The translations under genes were made by a program, and so were the position numbers. A stretch of 64,000 nt of DNA from Azolla caroliniana (Eukaryota > Plantae > Polypodiophyta), in contig JBHGNT010000008.1 of the NCBI GenBank assembly GCA_043228905.1, forward strand, positions 10,664,001 to 10,728,000. The letters run 5' to 3'. Position 1 is the stretch's first letter. Every line of letters begins with the position of its first letter. This document shows positions 1-11,700 of the stretch, in pieces. The notes beneath the pieces are model-generated. The model made no database searches and was not told the DNA's origin. It saw only the letters and a program-made list of their open reading frames with translations.

Positions 1-220
1 GCGCTACCTCGTTTGTTCGTTCCATGAAACTCCAATATCCATGCCCTAGCAGGTACTGGTGTATTTTATATGATCAGGACGCGTAGTTGCTCCAGTCGAG
101 CTTTTCTGTGCGAAGTGAACTCGCCTTACCTCTGTCCATATATTTCTCTATCTATCATTACCGGGTATTAGGGTTTGTCTTCGAAAGCATTTGTCGACTG
201 CAGAGGTTCGCAACCCTCGT

Positions 221-232
221 GCTCTGATACCA
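221..232 (-). promoter_or_regulatory. Primer binding site, tRNA-iMet
   Basis: TGGTATCAGAGC on the minus strand, abutting the LTR. Confidence 0.9.
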
Positions 233-682
233 TGTGAATGTTAAGGTGCGGAAGCATTAGACAGAACCGGCTCAGCCGGGTAGCAACTGAGAATAAGATG
301 AAGGTTTAATGGAGAACTTAATACATAGAGAATATGCGTGGGAGAGATAGAGAGGGCAGAACGTAAGCGTAGATTCAAAAAATGAAAATACTCTGTAACT
401 CTGTACATACAACGTGCTAAACAACACTATTTATACAAGTCCATAAAGGACTGACAGAAGTACTGACAAGTACTTCAATATTCCTACGTGCAATTGACAC
501 TAACTACGAGACAATGATTACCTAGTAGTCTAGGCTACTACTAGGCTTCCAGTTCCCGCTTGAATACGGCTCTCTGATCCGTCTCCCTAATCCGGCCGGT
601 TGTTTCCAGATACCATCGGGATACCGATCCGGCTCAGGCTTGTTCAGCCGATCCGGATCCGGTTGAGCTTGCTTGCTCAACA
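233..682 (-). mobile_element. 5' LTR of a copia element (family A); internal region runs off the left edge of the window
   Basis: TG..CA termini. Directly adjacent to gctctgatacca (221-232), the reverse complement of the tRNA-iMet PBS TGGTATCAGAGC. Homologous to the LTRs at 2951-3362 and 20020-20441. Confidence 0.85.
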
Positions 683-717
683 CTCAGAAAGTGATTGCCC
701 TAAGTCATATTTATACT

Positions 718-1664
718 CATAGAATGAAACATACGTAGCATACGTGCATTCGCATTCGAGAATGATTCAATCAAACGTGGATGGTAAATCATCTCAAAGT
801 TGGATTGGATTGACTAGGGTCTATATTATATATTGATTCACTCTCAATCCTCATAAGTGGACTCTAATCCATTGTGAACCACCAACATAAGTATGGTTGC
901 AATATTTGCATTGTATCACATGCATACTTTTGGGATGCGTATCAAGACATCTCTATCATCCTCACTTTAGAACTTTACAAAAAAATGAGTATCAACTATA
1001 GAGATTGAATCAAAATATGTCATTATAAATTATAATCAAACATTGAAAAACTCATAAAACGTATATTCGAGAATATGAAGAAAACATGACATAGGCAGTA
1101 TTAGCATAACAACTTACCAATAGGGTGACCTAATTTCTAATAACAAAGAAAGAAAGAAAGAAAGAAAGAAAAAGGAACATGACACTAACATAAAATTTTG
1201 CCATGACATAGGCAGTAGTAGCATAACAACTTACCACTCGGGTGAGCTAATTTCTAATAACAAAGAAAGAAAGAAAAAGAAGAAAAAGGAACATGACACT
1301 AACATAAAAAATTTCCATGACACTAACAAGAGGATATGAGAAAATTAGGAATTGAACCCAAAACACAAGTAATAGTAGCACAACAACTTACCACTAGGTT
1401 GTGCTTAGTTGTAATAATAAAAAAATAAAAGGAAAAAAACTATTATAACACTAAGATAAAATTTTGCAATGATATGGTACTAATGAGAGAGAGAAATAGA
1501 TGAGAAAATAGGGAATTGAACCCAAGACATAGACAACAATAGCATGAATCCTTACCACTAGGGTGAGCTAAATTGTAATAATAATTAAAGAAAAAAAACT
1601 TATTTGTTTCCAAATGTTTCCAAACGTTGGAATGCTTGCACGAACACGAATATTACGTTCTATG
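718..1664. mobile_element. Non-autonomous hAT-superfamily DNA transposon (947 bp)
   Basis: Imperfect TIRs CATAGAATGAAACATACGT and the reverse complement of the right end, CATAGAACGTAATATTCGT. Perfect 8-bp TSD TTTATACT (710-717, 1665-1672). No transposase ORF. Confidence 0.85.
1088..1585 (-). repeat. Four degenerate tandem units with tRNA-like motifs inside the hAT element
   Basis: Units at about 1088, 1205, 1348 and 1511 share tagcataacaacttaccacta..gtgagctaa. Units 3 and 4 add ggaattgaaccc, the reverse complement of a B-box (GGGTTCAATTCC). Confidence 0.7.
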
Positions 1665-1887
1665 TTTATACTTATATGAACTTAGGGCTATTTACAAATA
1701 TAGCCTCAATAGGCTTACTCAAAACATATTTACAAATATGTCTTCTCTTTCGGTTCTCACCGGGTCCATCCGATCCAATTTCCGGATCTCTTCCGGTTCT
1801 CACCGGGTCCATCTGATCCGATTTCCGGATCTCTTCCGGTTCTCACCAGGTCCTCTTCATCCATCCAGAGGGACCGACTTCCCAACA

Positions 1888-2139
1888 TGACTGTCCACAC
1901 ATGCAACAAAATCTAAGTCGATGTAACCGACTACGCCTAGGTTCTTGTTTGGACCTAAGAGGATGCCAAGGTCTTGTGTGCCCACCAGGTATTTGATTAC
2001 ATGCTTAACTGCATTCCAATGCATTCGGCCTGGGTTGTGCATGAATCTGCTAACGACTCCTACGACATGAGCAATTTTAGGCCGTGTTGCGACCGTCGTG
2101 TACATCAAAGAGCCAACTGCCGGTGCATATGGTACCAAC
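1888..2139 (-). pseudogene. Copia RT C-terminal fragment
   Basis: ORF 1857-2138: VPYAPAVGSLMY..TRPKIAHVVGVVSRFMHNPG..HWNAVK. Confidence 0.85.
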
Positions 2140-2659
2140 TGTTACAAATAATGCTCGGCCACAACTGAGTCTTAATAACAATGGAAGAATCAGAACAGAC
2201 GTAAAGATCAATGGACTTACACTCAAAATAGGTCGACACAGAATATTAACGTGGAAACCCTATTTGGGAAAAAACGATAGGAGTTCTCTAGCTCCGAACA
2301 GGATCACTATAGAGGAGGAGTACAAACAGTGTGAGACTCAGAGGCAACGACCTTGAGCTCTAGCTTCGCCAACTGGTGGTTACAACAGAAAAGTTTTAGT
2401 ACGCTCAGGTATTCCAGACACACAGTAGATTAGCCATAGCTATACACAGACTTTCAGAGAAGATAGAATTCTATTACAATACGCTTCTTTACATTCCCAA
2501 AATTACATGCTCCCTCTATCAGAGGTTTTCTGCCCTTTATATACGCAAGGTCTATTTAGCCGTTCACGCTTCCTGCGTGAACCGTTACATGTGTTATGAT
2601 CTTATATTATTTCTTATTCCTACGCTCTTGTCCGTCGGTTATTATTCCGGCGGACAACA
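2140..2659 (-). mobile_element. LTR, Tork-like, no TSD recognised
   Basis: TGTT..AACA termini. Carries the gctcggccacaac and ttaacgtggaaaccc..gggaaaaaac U5 motifs shared with family B LTRs. Confidence 0.65.
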
Positions 2660-2950
2660 TACACACCGTTGTGTACTGTAAAGAATCGAGAGTGATTCTG
2701 TGCAGAGAAAGGACTATGTGTGTGTGTGTGTGTGTATGTGCACGTGAGACAAGAGAGAGAGGGAGGGACAGAGCTCTTAAGACAAGAAACAGTATATTAT
2801 TTCAAACAGTAACTAGGTTACAAGAGGTTGGTTTAAATACCATTTGACCTAGGGCAAGTGCCCAAGTTTCTACTAATCACAAAACTATCCTAGTACGATG
2901 TCCACTGACTAGTGTGAACACTCTCTCTATGGGAAGTTGAGTTCGATTCT

Positions 2951-3362
2951 TGTAAACGTGACTGTTTGCGGAAGCGTAAAACAGAGAACAACACACAGAG
3001 AGAGAGAGAGACAGAGGGAGAGACAGAGAAAGCAGAACACAATTTCAAAATTATTTCAAGACTCTGTATACACACTGTGCTAAGTAGCACTATTTATACA
3101 AGTCCTCTTGGAACTGACAGAAGTACCATGTACTTCAATGCTCGCACGAGCATCTGACACTTACTACGAGACTATAGCTACCTAGTAGTCTATCCTATAC
3201 TAGGCTTCCGATTGGACTTCCAGTTACGGATTGCACTCAGCCTCCACTGCTTGCCGATTCGGTTGCTCACCGTCATACCGATCCGTTTCGCCCGATCCGT
3301 CTCGCTTACCGGCTCCGGCTTATTCAGCCGATCCGGCTCCGGTTTGAGCTTGCCGCTCAACA
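2951..3362 (-). mobile_element. Solo LTR of family A with TSD ATTCT
   Basis: TG..CA termini. attct at 2946-2950 and 3363-3367. Homologous to 233-682. Confidence 0.9.
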
Positions 3363-3505
3363 ATTCTCAACACGCCCCTTCGAACACAACTTCCATATGT
3401 CGAAGAGTCATTTTAGTTTGGTCTTCAGAATACTTCGATTCCGATGAATCGGCTTCCGACTTTCGAAATCTTCGAACTTGGTTGTTCGGCTTTTCAGCTT
3501 CATGC

Positions 3506-6500
3506 TCATTGTTTGTCGTACTTTGACTCCTCTGGTCGGTTACTTCTGATTCTCGGCTGCTTCCGTGTCTGTGTCACCTGTCCGTCTGAGTCACCTTCTG
3601 TATTCCCCCTCAAGCTTGGCAATGTAGAGATCCTGAGACCAAGGTCCGATGTGAATTGTTTGAGCTTGTCTGATCCTAAGGCCTTCGTAAAGATGTCAGC
3701 AATTTGAAGGTTGGTACTGATGTGTTGGAGATCGATTTCACCGGTAGTGCACTTTGATGTGTTTAGTTCGTGCATGGAATACCAAGTTCCGAGCGAGGTA
3801 GATGCTACTCATGTTGTCATAGAAGAGGCGAATTGGATCCATGATGGGAACGCCCAGGTCTTTCAAGATGCATTTGAGCTAGACAGCTTCGCACACTACG
3901 ACTGTTGCACCCCTGTATTCAGCCTCTGTGCTCGACAATGCGATTGTTGGTTGCTTCTTGGTGCTCCAAGAGATTGCTCCGCTGTCGAGGAAGATCGCTC
4001 TATTGTCTATCATCCTTATAACCGGCCTAGTCTACGTCCGTGTACCCTTTGAGTTGAATAAGCATATTTGACTTATCCATGATGTCGTAATCCATCATCA
4101 TACTGACATACCTATCCTCTTAACGCAATCGAGATGATCATTTCGTGTGTTCTACATAAATTGTCTAAGTAGGCTTACTAAATAGCTGAGGTCGGGTCGT
4201 GTGATGGTTAGATAAATCAGGCTGCGATCAGTTGTCGATATTGAATTGGATCGCACTTGGTTGTGCCCGAATCGACATCGAGCTTGAGATTTCGGTCGAT
4301 AGGGGTAGACACGGGTTTGCACTCGATCATTCCGAACTTGTAGAGTAAGGTGAGAACGTAGTGCCGTTGAGAGATCAATGTCCCGACTTGTGTTCAAATT
4401 ACTTCGATGCCAGGGAAGTAATGGAGCTCGTGCATGTCTTTCATTTCGAATCTACCAGACATGAATGATTTGACCTTGATGATCTCGGCGAGATCCTTTC
4501 CTCCGATTACTAGATCATCCATGCATAGGATAATGACAATCGGGTAATGTGTCTCGTTTCGGATGTACAGGGAGTTGTCCGATTTCGACATTCAAAAATC
4601 GATTTGGTGAATATACTAGGTGATCTTCGAATGCCAAGCATGCAGTGGTTTTTGAGTCGGCACATGACTTTTGGATGAGTACGCGCTTCGAAGTTGGGTG
4701 GTTGTACCATATACACCTCCTCCTCCAATTCGCCTTGAAGAAAGGCGTTCTTGACATCCATTTGGTGGAGATGCCACGCTTTCGCGGTTGCGAATGCAAT
4801 TATGGTCCGCACAATTGTCGTCTTTGCCACCGGGGCAAAGGTCTCCTCGTAATTGACTCTGTGCGATTTCGCGTATCCTTTTGTGACAAGTCCTGCTTTG
4901 AAGCAATTTACGGAGCCATCGGCATTATATTTGACCTTCTAGATCCATCTGCAACCAATTGCTTTCCTATGAGGTGAATGGGGAACAAGATCCCACGTCT
5001 CGTTTTTGCACAAGGCATGCATTTCTTCATTCATCGCGTCGACCCATCACGGTTCCTTCACGGCTTCGAAAAGTGTTTTCGGTTCTCGGACAATAGCTGT
5101 CTTCATCATAAAGGCGTAATGATACACCATGTACTCATTATAGACGAATCGGTTTACGAGGTTCTTTTCACGGGTGGACTGGCGTAGCTTCTCGTTTGTG
5201 GAGTCTAATGCTTTCTTCGCTCCATTCGTTTGGTTCAGGCCTTCAGACTCATTGTCAAGGGAGTGAGTCGACTCGTTGTCGATTGGATCTTCATAGTCAG
5301 ACATCTTGACCTTCCCTTTGTCGAGTTTCGGACTCGGCCGAGATGTGCTTTGGTCACTCGGGGTCCTGTGGTCTACTAAGCCTTGTCGTAATCAGACTTT
5401 CTTCGAACATGTGTTCAAGTCAAAATTCTTCTTCTATCACTTGTGTGGCCAATTCTGGGCCAATTGGAGTAGAGATTAGAGTCGTCTCTGGATCATACCA
5501 GGATGCCGACTTGTTGAAAACGATGTCTCGACTTACTCGAGCTTTGCGGGTAGATGGATTGTAACATTTGTACCCCTTCTATTCGAGCGAGAACCCTACA
5601 AGGATACATTTCTCCGTCTTCGGGTCGAGATTTTGTCGCGTCTCATTGGGAATATGGACGTAGGCGATTGAGCCGAAAATCCGGACATGTGATAAATTTG
5701 GCTTCTTTCCAAAAAACCTCTCATGAGGGGTTATGTCATGTACCCTAGAGGTTGTACACATGTTCATGAGATATAAGACCGTGTTCACCGCTTCTAGCCA
5801 CTACAATTTCGGAAGATTCTTCTCATTCATCATTGCCCGTGGAACCTCTACTATGTGCCAATTCTTCCATTCGGCTACACCATTTTGGTGAGGTGTATGT
5901 TGAGACAATTCTCGTCGTATTCCTTCCTTTCAGAGATATGCCGTAAACTCGTGCGAGAAATATTCTTTGCGTCCATCCGATCGAAGGCAGCGTACGTGCC
6001 GACCTGTGGCTTTTTCGACTTTGTTTTTGAACCTTTGGAAGTGGCTGAACACTTTGCTCTTCTGTTTCATCGGGTAGAGCCAGATATGCTTGGAGAAGTC
6101 ATCAATGAACGTGACATAATATCGGCAACCACCGAATGTTGCTTTCGGGGCTGGTCCCCACATATCTGAATGTACTACATCCAGGATCCCTTTGCTCACA
6201 TTCCTCTCTTTCGGGAATGGATGTTGACGTTGTTTTCCGAACTGGCATGCCTTGCATACACCTGTAATCTCCTTCTCAATAAATGTCAGGAGTTCAATTA
6301 CGACTCCTTTTGACTGCATGTTCTGGAGCTTTTGAAGATTGATGTGGCCAATTCTCTTGTGCGATAGTTTCAAGTCGGTTTCGATTTTGAAACCTTTTGC
6401 AAACATAGCCGATTTCACCTCTGATTCAAGGATGAACATTCGGCCTTCTCAGCGACCGTGCGCTATAATTCGATCGTCCTTTTCGATGAAGTAGCCTTCA

Positions 6501-6800
6501 TTGTTGAATCGTACTTACATACCTTGTTCGACAATATGGCTGACCGAGACCAAGTTTTTTGTGATGGTTGGGACATGCAAGAAGTTCTTGAGGTAGGTTT
6601 GTTTGCCGTTATTTCCAAATCGAACATTCCCGACATGCTGAATTGGGCGAGTCGTATCATCTGCAGTTTCGACATGGCTAGGTCGATCTGGGTTTCATAA
6701 TTCTTGGAACCAATCTTCATGGGACGTCATGTGATTGGATACTCCCGAGTCGACAAACTATATGCTATCTGAAGAAGAGGCGCTAGTCAGGGCTTGTGCT
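3506..6800 (-). pseudogene. Frameshifted copia pol (PR-INT-RT-RH) of H1
   Basis: ORF fragments: HKRIGHIN..CKACQFGKQ, VHSDMWGP, FIDDFS, LRSDG (INT). HQMDVKNAFLQG (RT). ADIFTKAL (RH). Confidence 0.9.
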
Positions 6801-6831
6801 GACATCGAGGTGTTAGTTTATGAGTTGTCGA

Positions 6832-7099
6832 TGACAGGAACTCTACGCTCCCTATACGCAACGCTCGGCCACAACCGAGCTTAGAATCATACACAAAAAA
6901 CAGGAAATGCAAGCACAACACAATGGACAGAAGAGTACACAAGATGTTTAACGTGGAAAACCCTGAGAGGCAAAAACCACGGCAGTCCACTGACTGCTAA
7001 CTATCACTATGTCACAGTAATTACAACGGTGAGCTCATGGAGGCAACAACCTCATGCTCACGATCGTCGCCACAGGCGGCGATTATAACAGAGGCAACA

Positions 7100-7156
<57 letters not shown>

Positions 7157-7262
7157 CACAGTTAAGCTCTCTCTCTCTCCTTGCACCAACAAGAATGACA
7201 ACAACAACTACAAAAGTTTGCCCTAAGTCATATTTATACTAATATGACTTTTCGGCTATTTA
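6832..7262 (-). mobile_element. Truncated family B LTR, near-identical to LTR 18147-18893
   Basis: Starts tgacaggaactctacgctcc and breaks off after ttcggctattta. Left flank gtcga versus ctcga after 18893 (TSD with one mismatch). Confidence 0.8.
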
Positions 7263-7969
7263 TGCGGCTCCTTCTGGCGTTGCTCCGCCTTGCTTGCGTT
7301 CCTTGTCCGGTCCAGTCCTGTTTGTCGCGACCCTTCTGGTTCTACGCACCTCAACCTCCTCGGTCGGCTTGTCTGCTCAAGAGGCCCATTTTAGCTCCCT
7401 CGATGCTGTAACTCCAACGCTTGTCGACCTATCGGCTCCTTCGTGTTGGTGTCGACTTCCGCTGCGTCTGTTTGGCCTTTAGTTGATCCGTCTTCTCCGA
7501 ATCTTGAACCGAATCATTTTCCTTGGATTCGTTCCAGATCTTGTCCGAATCGAAGGAAAGCATATCAGACCATGTCCAGGTTTTGGCCTTCTCCTTCCGG
7601 TTGGTTGTGTCCTTGTTGACTCTGCCACCGCTGCCGCTCATTTCGACTTGTTAGGATGTTCCGAATTCCTTTGTCGATTCGATTTCCTTTTTCCCTTTGT
7701 CTCCCCCTTTGTTGGTTCTTTCTTCCTCTCCAGCTCCTTGTCCGGTGCCATCCGTATCCTTTCCTTTTCTCCCCCTGAAGTGCGGCACGTCAATATGTTG
7801 GCCACCAAGCATTTCGGTGAAGTGCTGCAACTTGTCCGATCCGAGCGGTTTGGTGAAGATATCGGCAACTTGCCGATCCGTCTGAACATACCGAAGTTCA
7901 AGTTCACCGCTCAAAACCTGCTCACGCACAAAGTGATAGTGGACTTCTATGTGCTTCGTCGGAGCATGG
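7263..7969 (-). pseudogene. Family A copia RNase H C-terminus and 3' UTR (continues at 13031-13335)
   Basis: TKHIEVHYHFVREQV..ADIFTKPL. Homologous to 35040-35686. Joining across the insertion restores QLAKNPVFHAPTKH. Confidence 0.85.
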
Positions 7970-8454
7970 TGTTGAGAATCGACGCTCCGATTCACCTTCA
8001 CCTCTCGGCCACAACCAAGGAAACACACGAATCGTTGTTGCAGAAAATGGGAAATACAGAGAAAGACACAATAACACAGGGATTAACGTGGAAAACCCTA
8101 TACGGGAAAAACCACGGGAGTCCTCAAACTCCAACTATCACTATAAACAGAGATGTACAATGGTGAAGCTACAAGGCAACAACCTTGAGCTCACTGTCTT
8201 CGCCACAGGCAGCGGTAATACACAGAGGCAACGACCTCTTCGTCTCTCTCTCTCTCTCTCTCTCTCTCGGCTGCTCACTTAGCTCCCTCTAAGTGGAAAA
8301 ACTAGAAAACTGAGTAGGTCAGACAAACAGTTTGCCCTAAGTCATATTTATACACATATGACTTTCGGGCTATTTACAAATATAGCCTCAAGGGCCCTTG
8401 GCAAACATATTCACAAATATGTCCCCACATCCGGGTCTATCTCCGGGTACCTTC

Positions 8455-8727
8455 GTCATCCGGCTCCGTAGCTGGGGTCTTCATCATCCGGCTGCTCCGT
8501 AGCCGGGGTCTTCATCATCCGGCTCCGTAGCCGGGGTCTTCATCATCCGGCTCCGTAGCTGGGGTCTTCATCATCCGGCGGCTCCGTAGCTGGGGTCTTC
8601 ATCATCCGGCTCCGTAGCCGGGGTCTTCATCATCCGGCTCTGTGGCCGGGGTCTTCATCATCCGGCTCCGTAGCCGGGGTCTTCATCATCCGGCTCCGTA
8701 GCCGGGGTCATCATCATCCGGCTCCGA
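8455..8727. repeat. About 10 tandem copies of a 28-bp unit (CATCCGGCTCCGTAGCCGGGGTCTTCAT) in LTR U3
   Basis: Head-to-tail repeats read directly, no spacers. Confidence 0.95.
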
Positions 8728-8769
8728 CCATCCCATCCGGAGGGACCGTAATCCCAACAAACTCCCCCT

Positions 8770-11700
8770 TCACTTCGGCATGGGATGTCTCTCCAATCCG
8801 ATCCTCTTCCGGCATGCTTCCAGCTTGTCGGGTGTGAGCACCTTGGTCAGCATATCCGACCCGTTCTCGTCCGTGTGGATCTTCATCAGCACGAACTCCT
8901 TGTCTTCTATCCTTTCCCGGATCCAGTGATATCTTCGCTGGATGTGCTTCGTCCGGGAGTGATAGGCCGCGTTCTTCGCAAGGTGGATGGCACTCTGACT
9001 GTCGCAGTAGAGTCGGTACTCCTCCTGCCGGATACCGAGCTCTCTAATGAAGTCCTTCATCCATATTATTTCCTTGCCGGCTTCAACAGCCGCCATGTAC
9101 TCCGCCTCCGTGGTTGACAACGCAACCGTCGTCTGCAGCCTCGACTGCCACGAAACAGCTCCCCCTGCATACGTCATCACATACCCTGATGTGGACCGGC
9201 TGGTATCTGCATCAGCCGACATATCCGAATCGGTAAAGCCGTCGAGTTCGGGCTTACCGGAGCTGAATCGGAGGCACACGTTTGCCGTGCCCTTCAGGTA
9301 TCGGAGTATCCACTTGGCCGCGTTCCAGTGCTCTTTGCCGGGATTGCTCATGTACCGGCTCACCACTCCGACTGCATATCCTATGTCCGGTCTTGTACAC
9401 ACCATTGCGTACATCAAGCTTCCGATGGCAGAGGCATATGGTACTTTCATCATGTCCTCCTTCTCAGCCTTTGTCTTGGGGCTTTGCTGGCTGGACAACT
9501 TGCAGTTTGCCGGGAGGGTTGACCCGACCGGTCTTGCTTCCGACATGTTGAACCGGTGAAGTACCTTTGTCACGTACTTCTCCTGTGACAGCCACAACTG
9601 CTTCTTCTTCCGGTCCCGGATGATGTGCATCCCTAGTATTTGCCTCGCCGGACCCAGGTCCTTCATTGAGAAGGTTCGGTGAAGCGCTTTCTTCAGCATC
9701 CGTATCTTGACCTGGTCCCGTCCAACGATCAACATGTCGTCCACGTACAGGAGGAGTATTAGAAAGTCTCCTCCTTCGAACTTCCTCACAAACACGCAGT
9801 GATCAGACTGCGTTTTGTGGTACCCTTCGTCGGTCATGAAGGAGTCGAATTTCCGGTACCACTGGCGGGGAGCCTGCTTCAAACCATAAAGGCTCTTCTT
9901 CAACCGGCATACCAAGTGCTCCTTCTCTTTCTTCTCGAATCCTTCCGGTTGCTGCATGTATATCTCTTCTTCGAGGTCACCGTGAAGGAATGCCGTCTTC
10001 ACGTCCATCTGTTCTACCTCGAGGTCCATGCTTGCCGCTATGCTCAGCACCGTCCGGATGGAGGTCATCTTCACTACCGGGGCAAATATCTCGTCGAAGT
10101 CGACGCCCTTCTTCTGCTGGAACCCCTTCACCACGATCCTGGCTTTGTATCTCGGGGGGTTTCCGACATCTCCCGGTTTCAGCTTGAACACCCACTTGTT
10201 ACGGAGTGCCCGTTTTCCTTTCGGCAACTCCACAAGTTTATATGTGTGGTTCTCATGCAGGGAATCCATCTCCTCCTGCATGGCACTTAACCACCTGCGG
10301 CTATGAGTGTCATGCTTCGCTTCTTCAAAGCTCTCCGGCTCCCCCTCGTCGGTTAGCAGCACGTGCTCTGGTTCCGGAAATCTCCGGGGAGCCCTTCTCT
10401 CTCTTAGAGGATATCTCCGTTCCAGAGCTTCGGTAACCGGCTCCTCCATTTCCTCTTCATCCGAATCCATTTCGGGATCAGGGCCGGTTCCGGTATCAGT
10501 TTCATCTTCCTCGGCCGGTTCTGTTTCTTCACCGACTTCGGCCGGATCCTCGAGTGCTAACCGGTCCCTTGCCGGTCGGGACTGCTCTTTGTAGAGTTGA
10601 TCCTCACCGGTCGACTTGGAGCTCTTCATCTTCTTCTCCGACTCCCAGTCGGCGAGTGTCTTGTCCTCCATGAAGATGATGTCTCGACTCCTGAATATCT
10701 TCTTGTCGACCGGGTCCCATACTCGGTAGCCGAACTCGTCGTCGCCGTAACCGAGGAATATGCATGGCCGGGTCTTTGGATCTAGCTTTCCTCTCCGGTC
10801 CTTTACCACATGCACGTATGCGAGACACCCGAACACCTTCAGATGCCGGTAGGACACTTCCCTACCGGTCCACACTCTCTGCGGCGTGTCTCCGTCCAAA
10901 GGTACTGAGGGTGATCTGTTAATCACGTATGTCGCCGTCGACATTGCCTCAGCCCAAAACCCCTTGGGTAATTTCGCATGCGCCAGCATACTCCGGACCC
11001 TCTCCATTATGGTCCGGTTCATCCTCTCGGCCAGCCCGTTCAGTTCCGGCGTCTTCGGCACAGTAAACTCGAGCCGGATTCCCATTGAACGACAATACTC
11101 CTCAAATTGCCCTCGGTATTCTCCTCCGTTATCCGCTCGTATCGCTTTCAGCTTCTTGCCGGATTCTCTTTCCACTCTCGCGTGGAGTTCTTTGAAGACG
11201 GACAATACTTGGTCCTTTGTCTTCAACGGTGCCGTCCACAGCTTCCGGCTGTGGTCATCAATGAATGTCACGAAGTACTGGGCTCCGCCATGTGACTTCG
11301 TTTCTACTTGACACACGTCAGTGTGTACCAACTCCAATGGTACACTACGTCTCGTCGGTGGCCTTGAGTGGAAGGAGGTTCGGTTCTGCTTACCGGCCAG
11401 GCAATCGGTGCACTTCTCCAGGTGCACATGCTTCACTGGAATGAGGTTGTCATCTGCAAGCCTCTTCATCCCCTTCTCACTCATGTGGCACAGTCTCTTG
11501 TGCCACAGCTCACCGGCAGTGTCGGCTGCCACGTTCAGCTCTTCCGGACATAACCGGGCATTCATCAGGTACAACGTGTTAACTTTCCGGGCCCGAGCCA
11601 CTATCAGACTCCCCTTGCTGAACTTAATTATGCCGTTCCGGATGCTACCTGTGTAGCCTTCATCATCTAGCCTCCCGGCCGAAATCAGGTTCAATCGAAC

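Larger units (their letters stand above)
683..1887 (-). mobile_element. Partial LTR (U3/TATA part) of Tnt1/Tork-like copia family B, split by a hAT insertion
   Basis: ttgccctaagtcatatttatact before 718 continues as atatgaacttagggctatttacaaatatagcc after 1672. Ends gggacc..cccaaca (1887) like the other family B LTRs. Confidence 0.8.

Noticed and set aside
1348-1570. Functional tRNA genes (also 31072-31128 and 39412-39468)
   Set aside because: No convincing acceptor or anticodon stems. Only box motifs and spacing remain, so they are reported as tRNA-like.
7483-8166. 227-aa plus-strand ORF as a gene
   Set aside because: Antisense to RNase H/3' UTR and crosses an insertion junction into an LTR. 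No recognisable domain.
8455-8727. 28-bp repeat array as a CRISPR array
   Set aside because: Head-to-tail units with no unique spacers, inside an LTR, in eukaryotic DNA with no cas genes.
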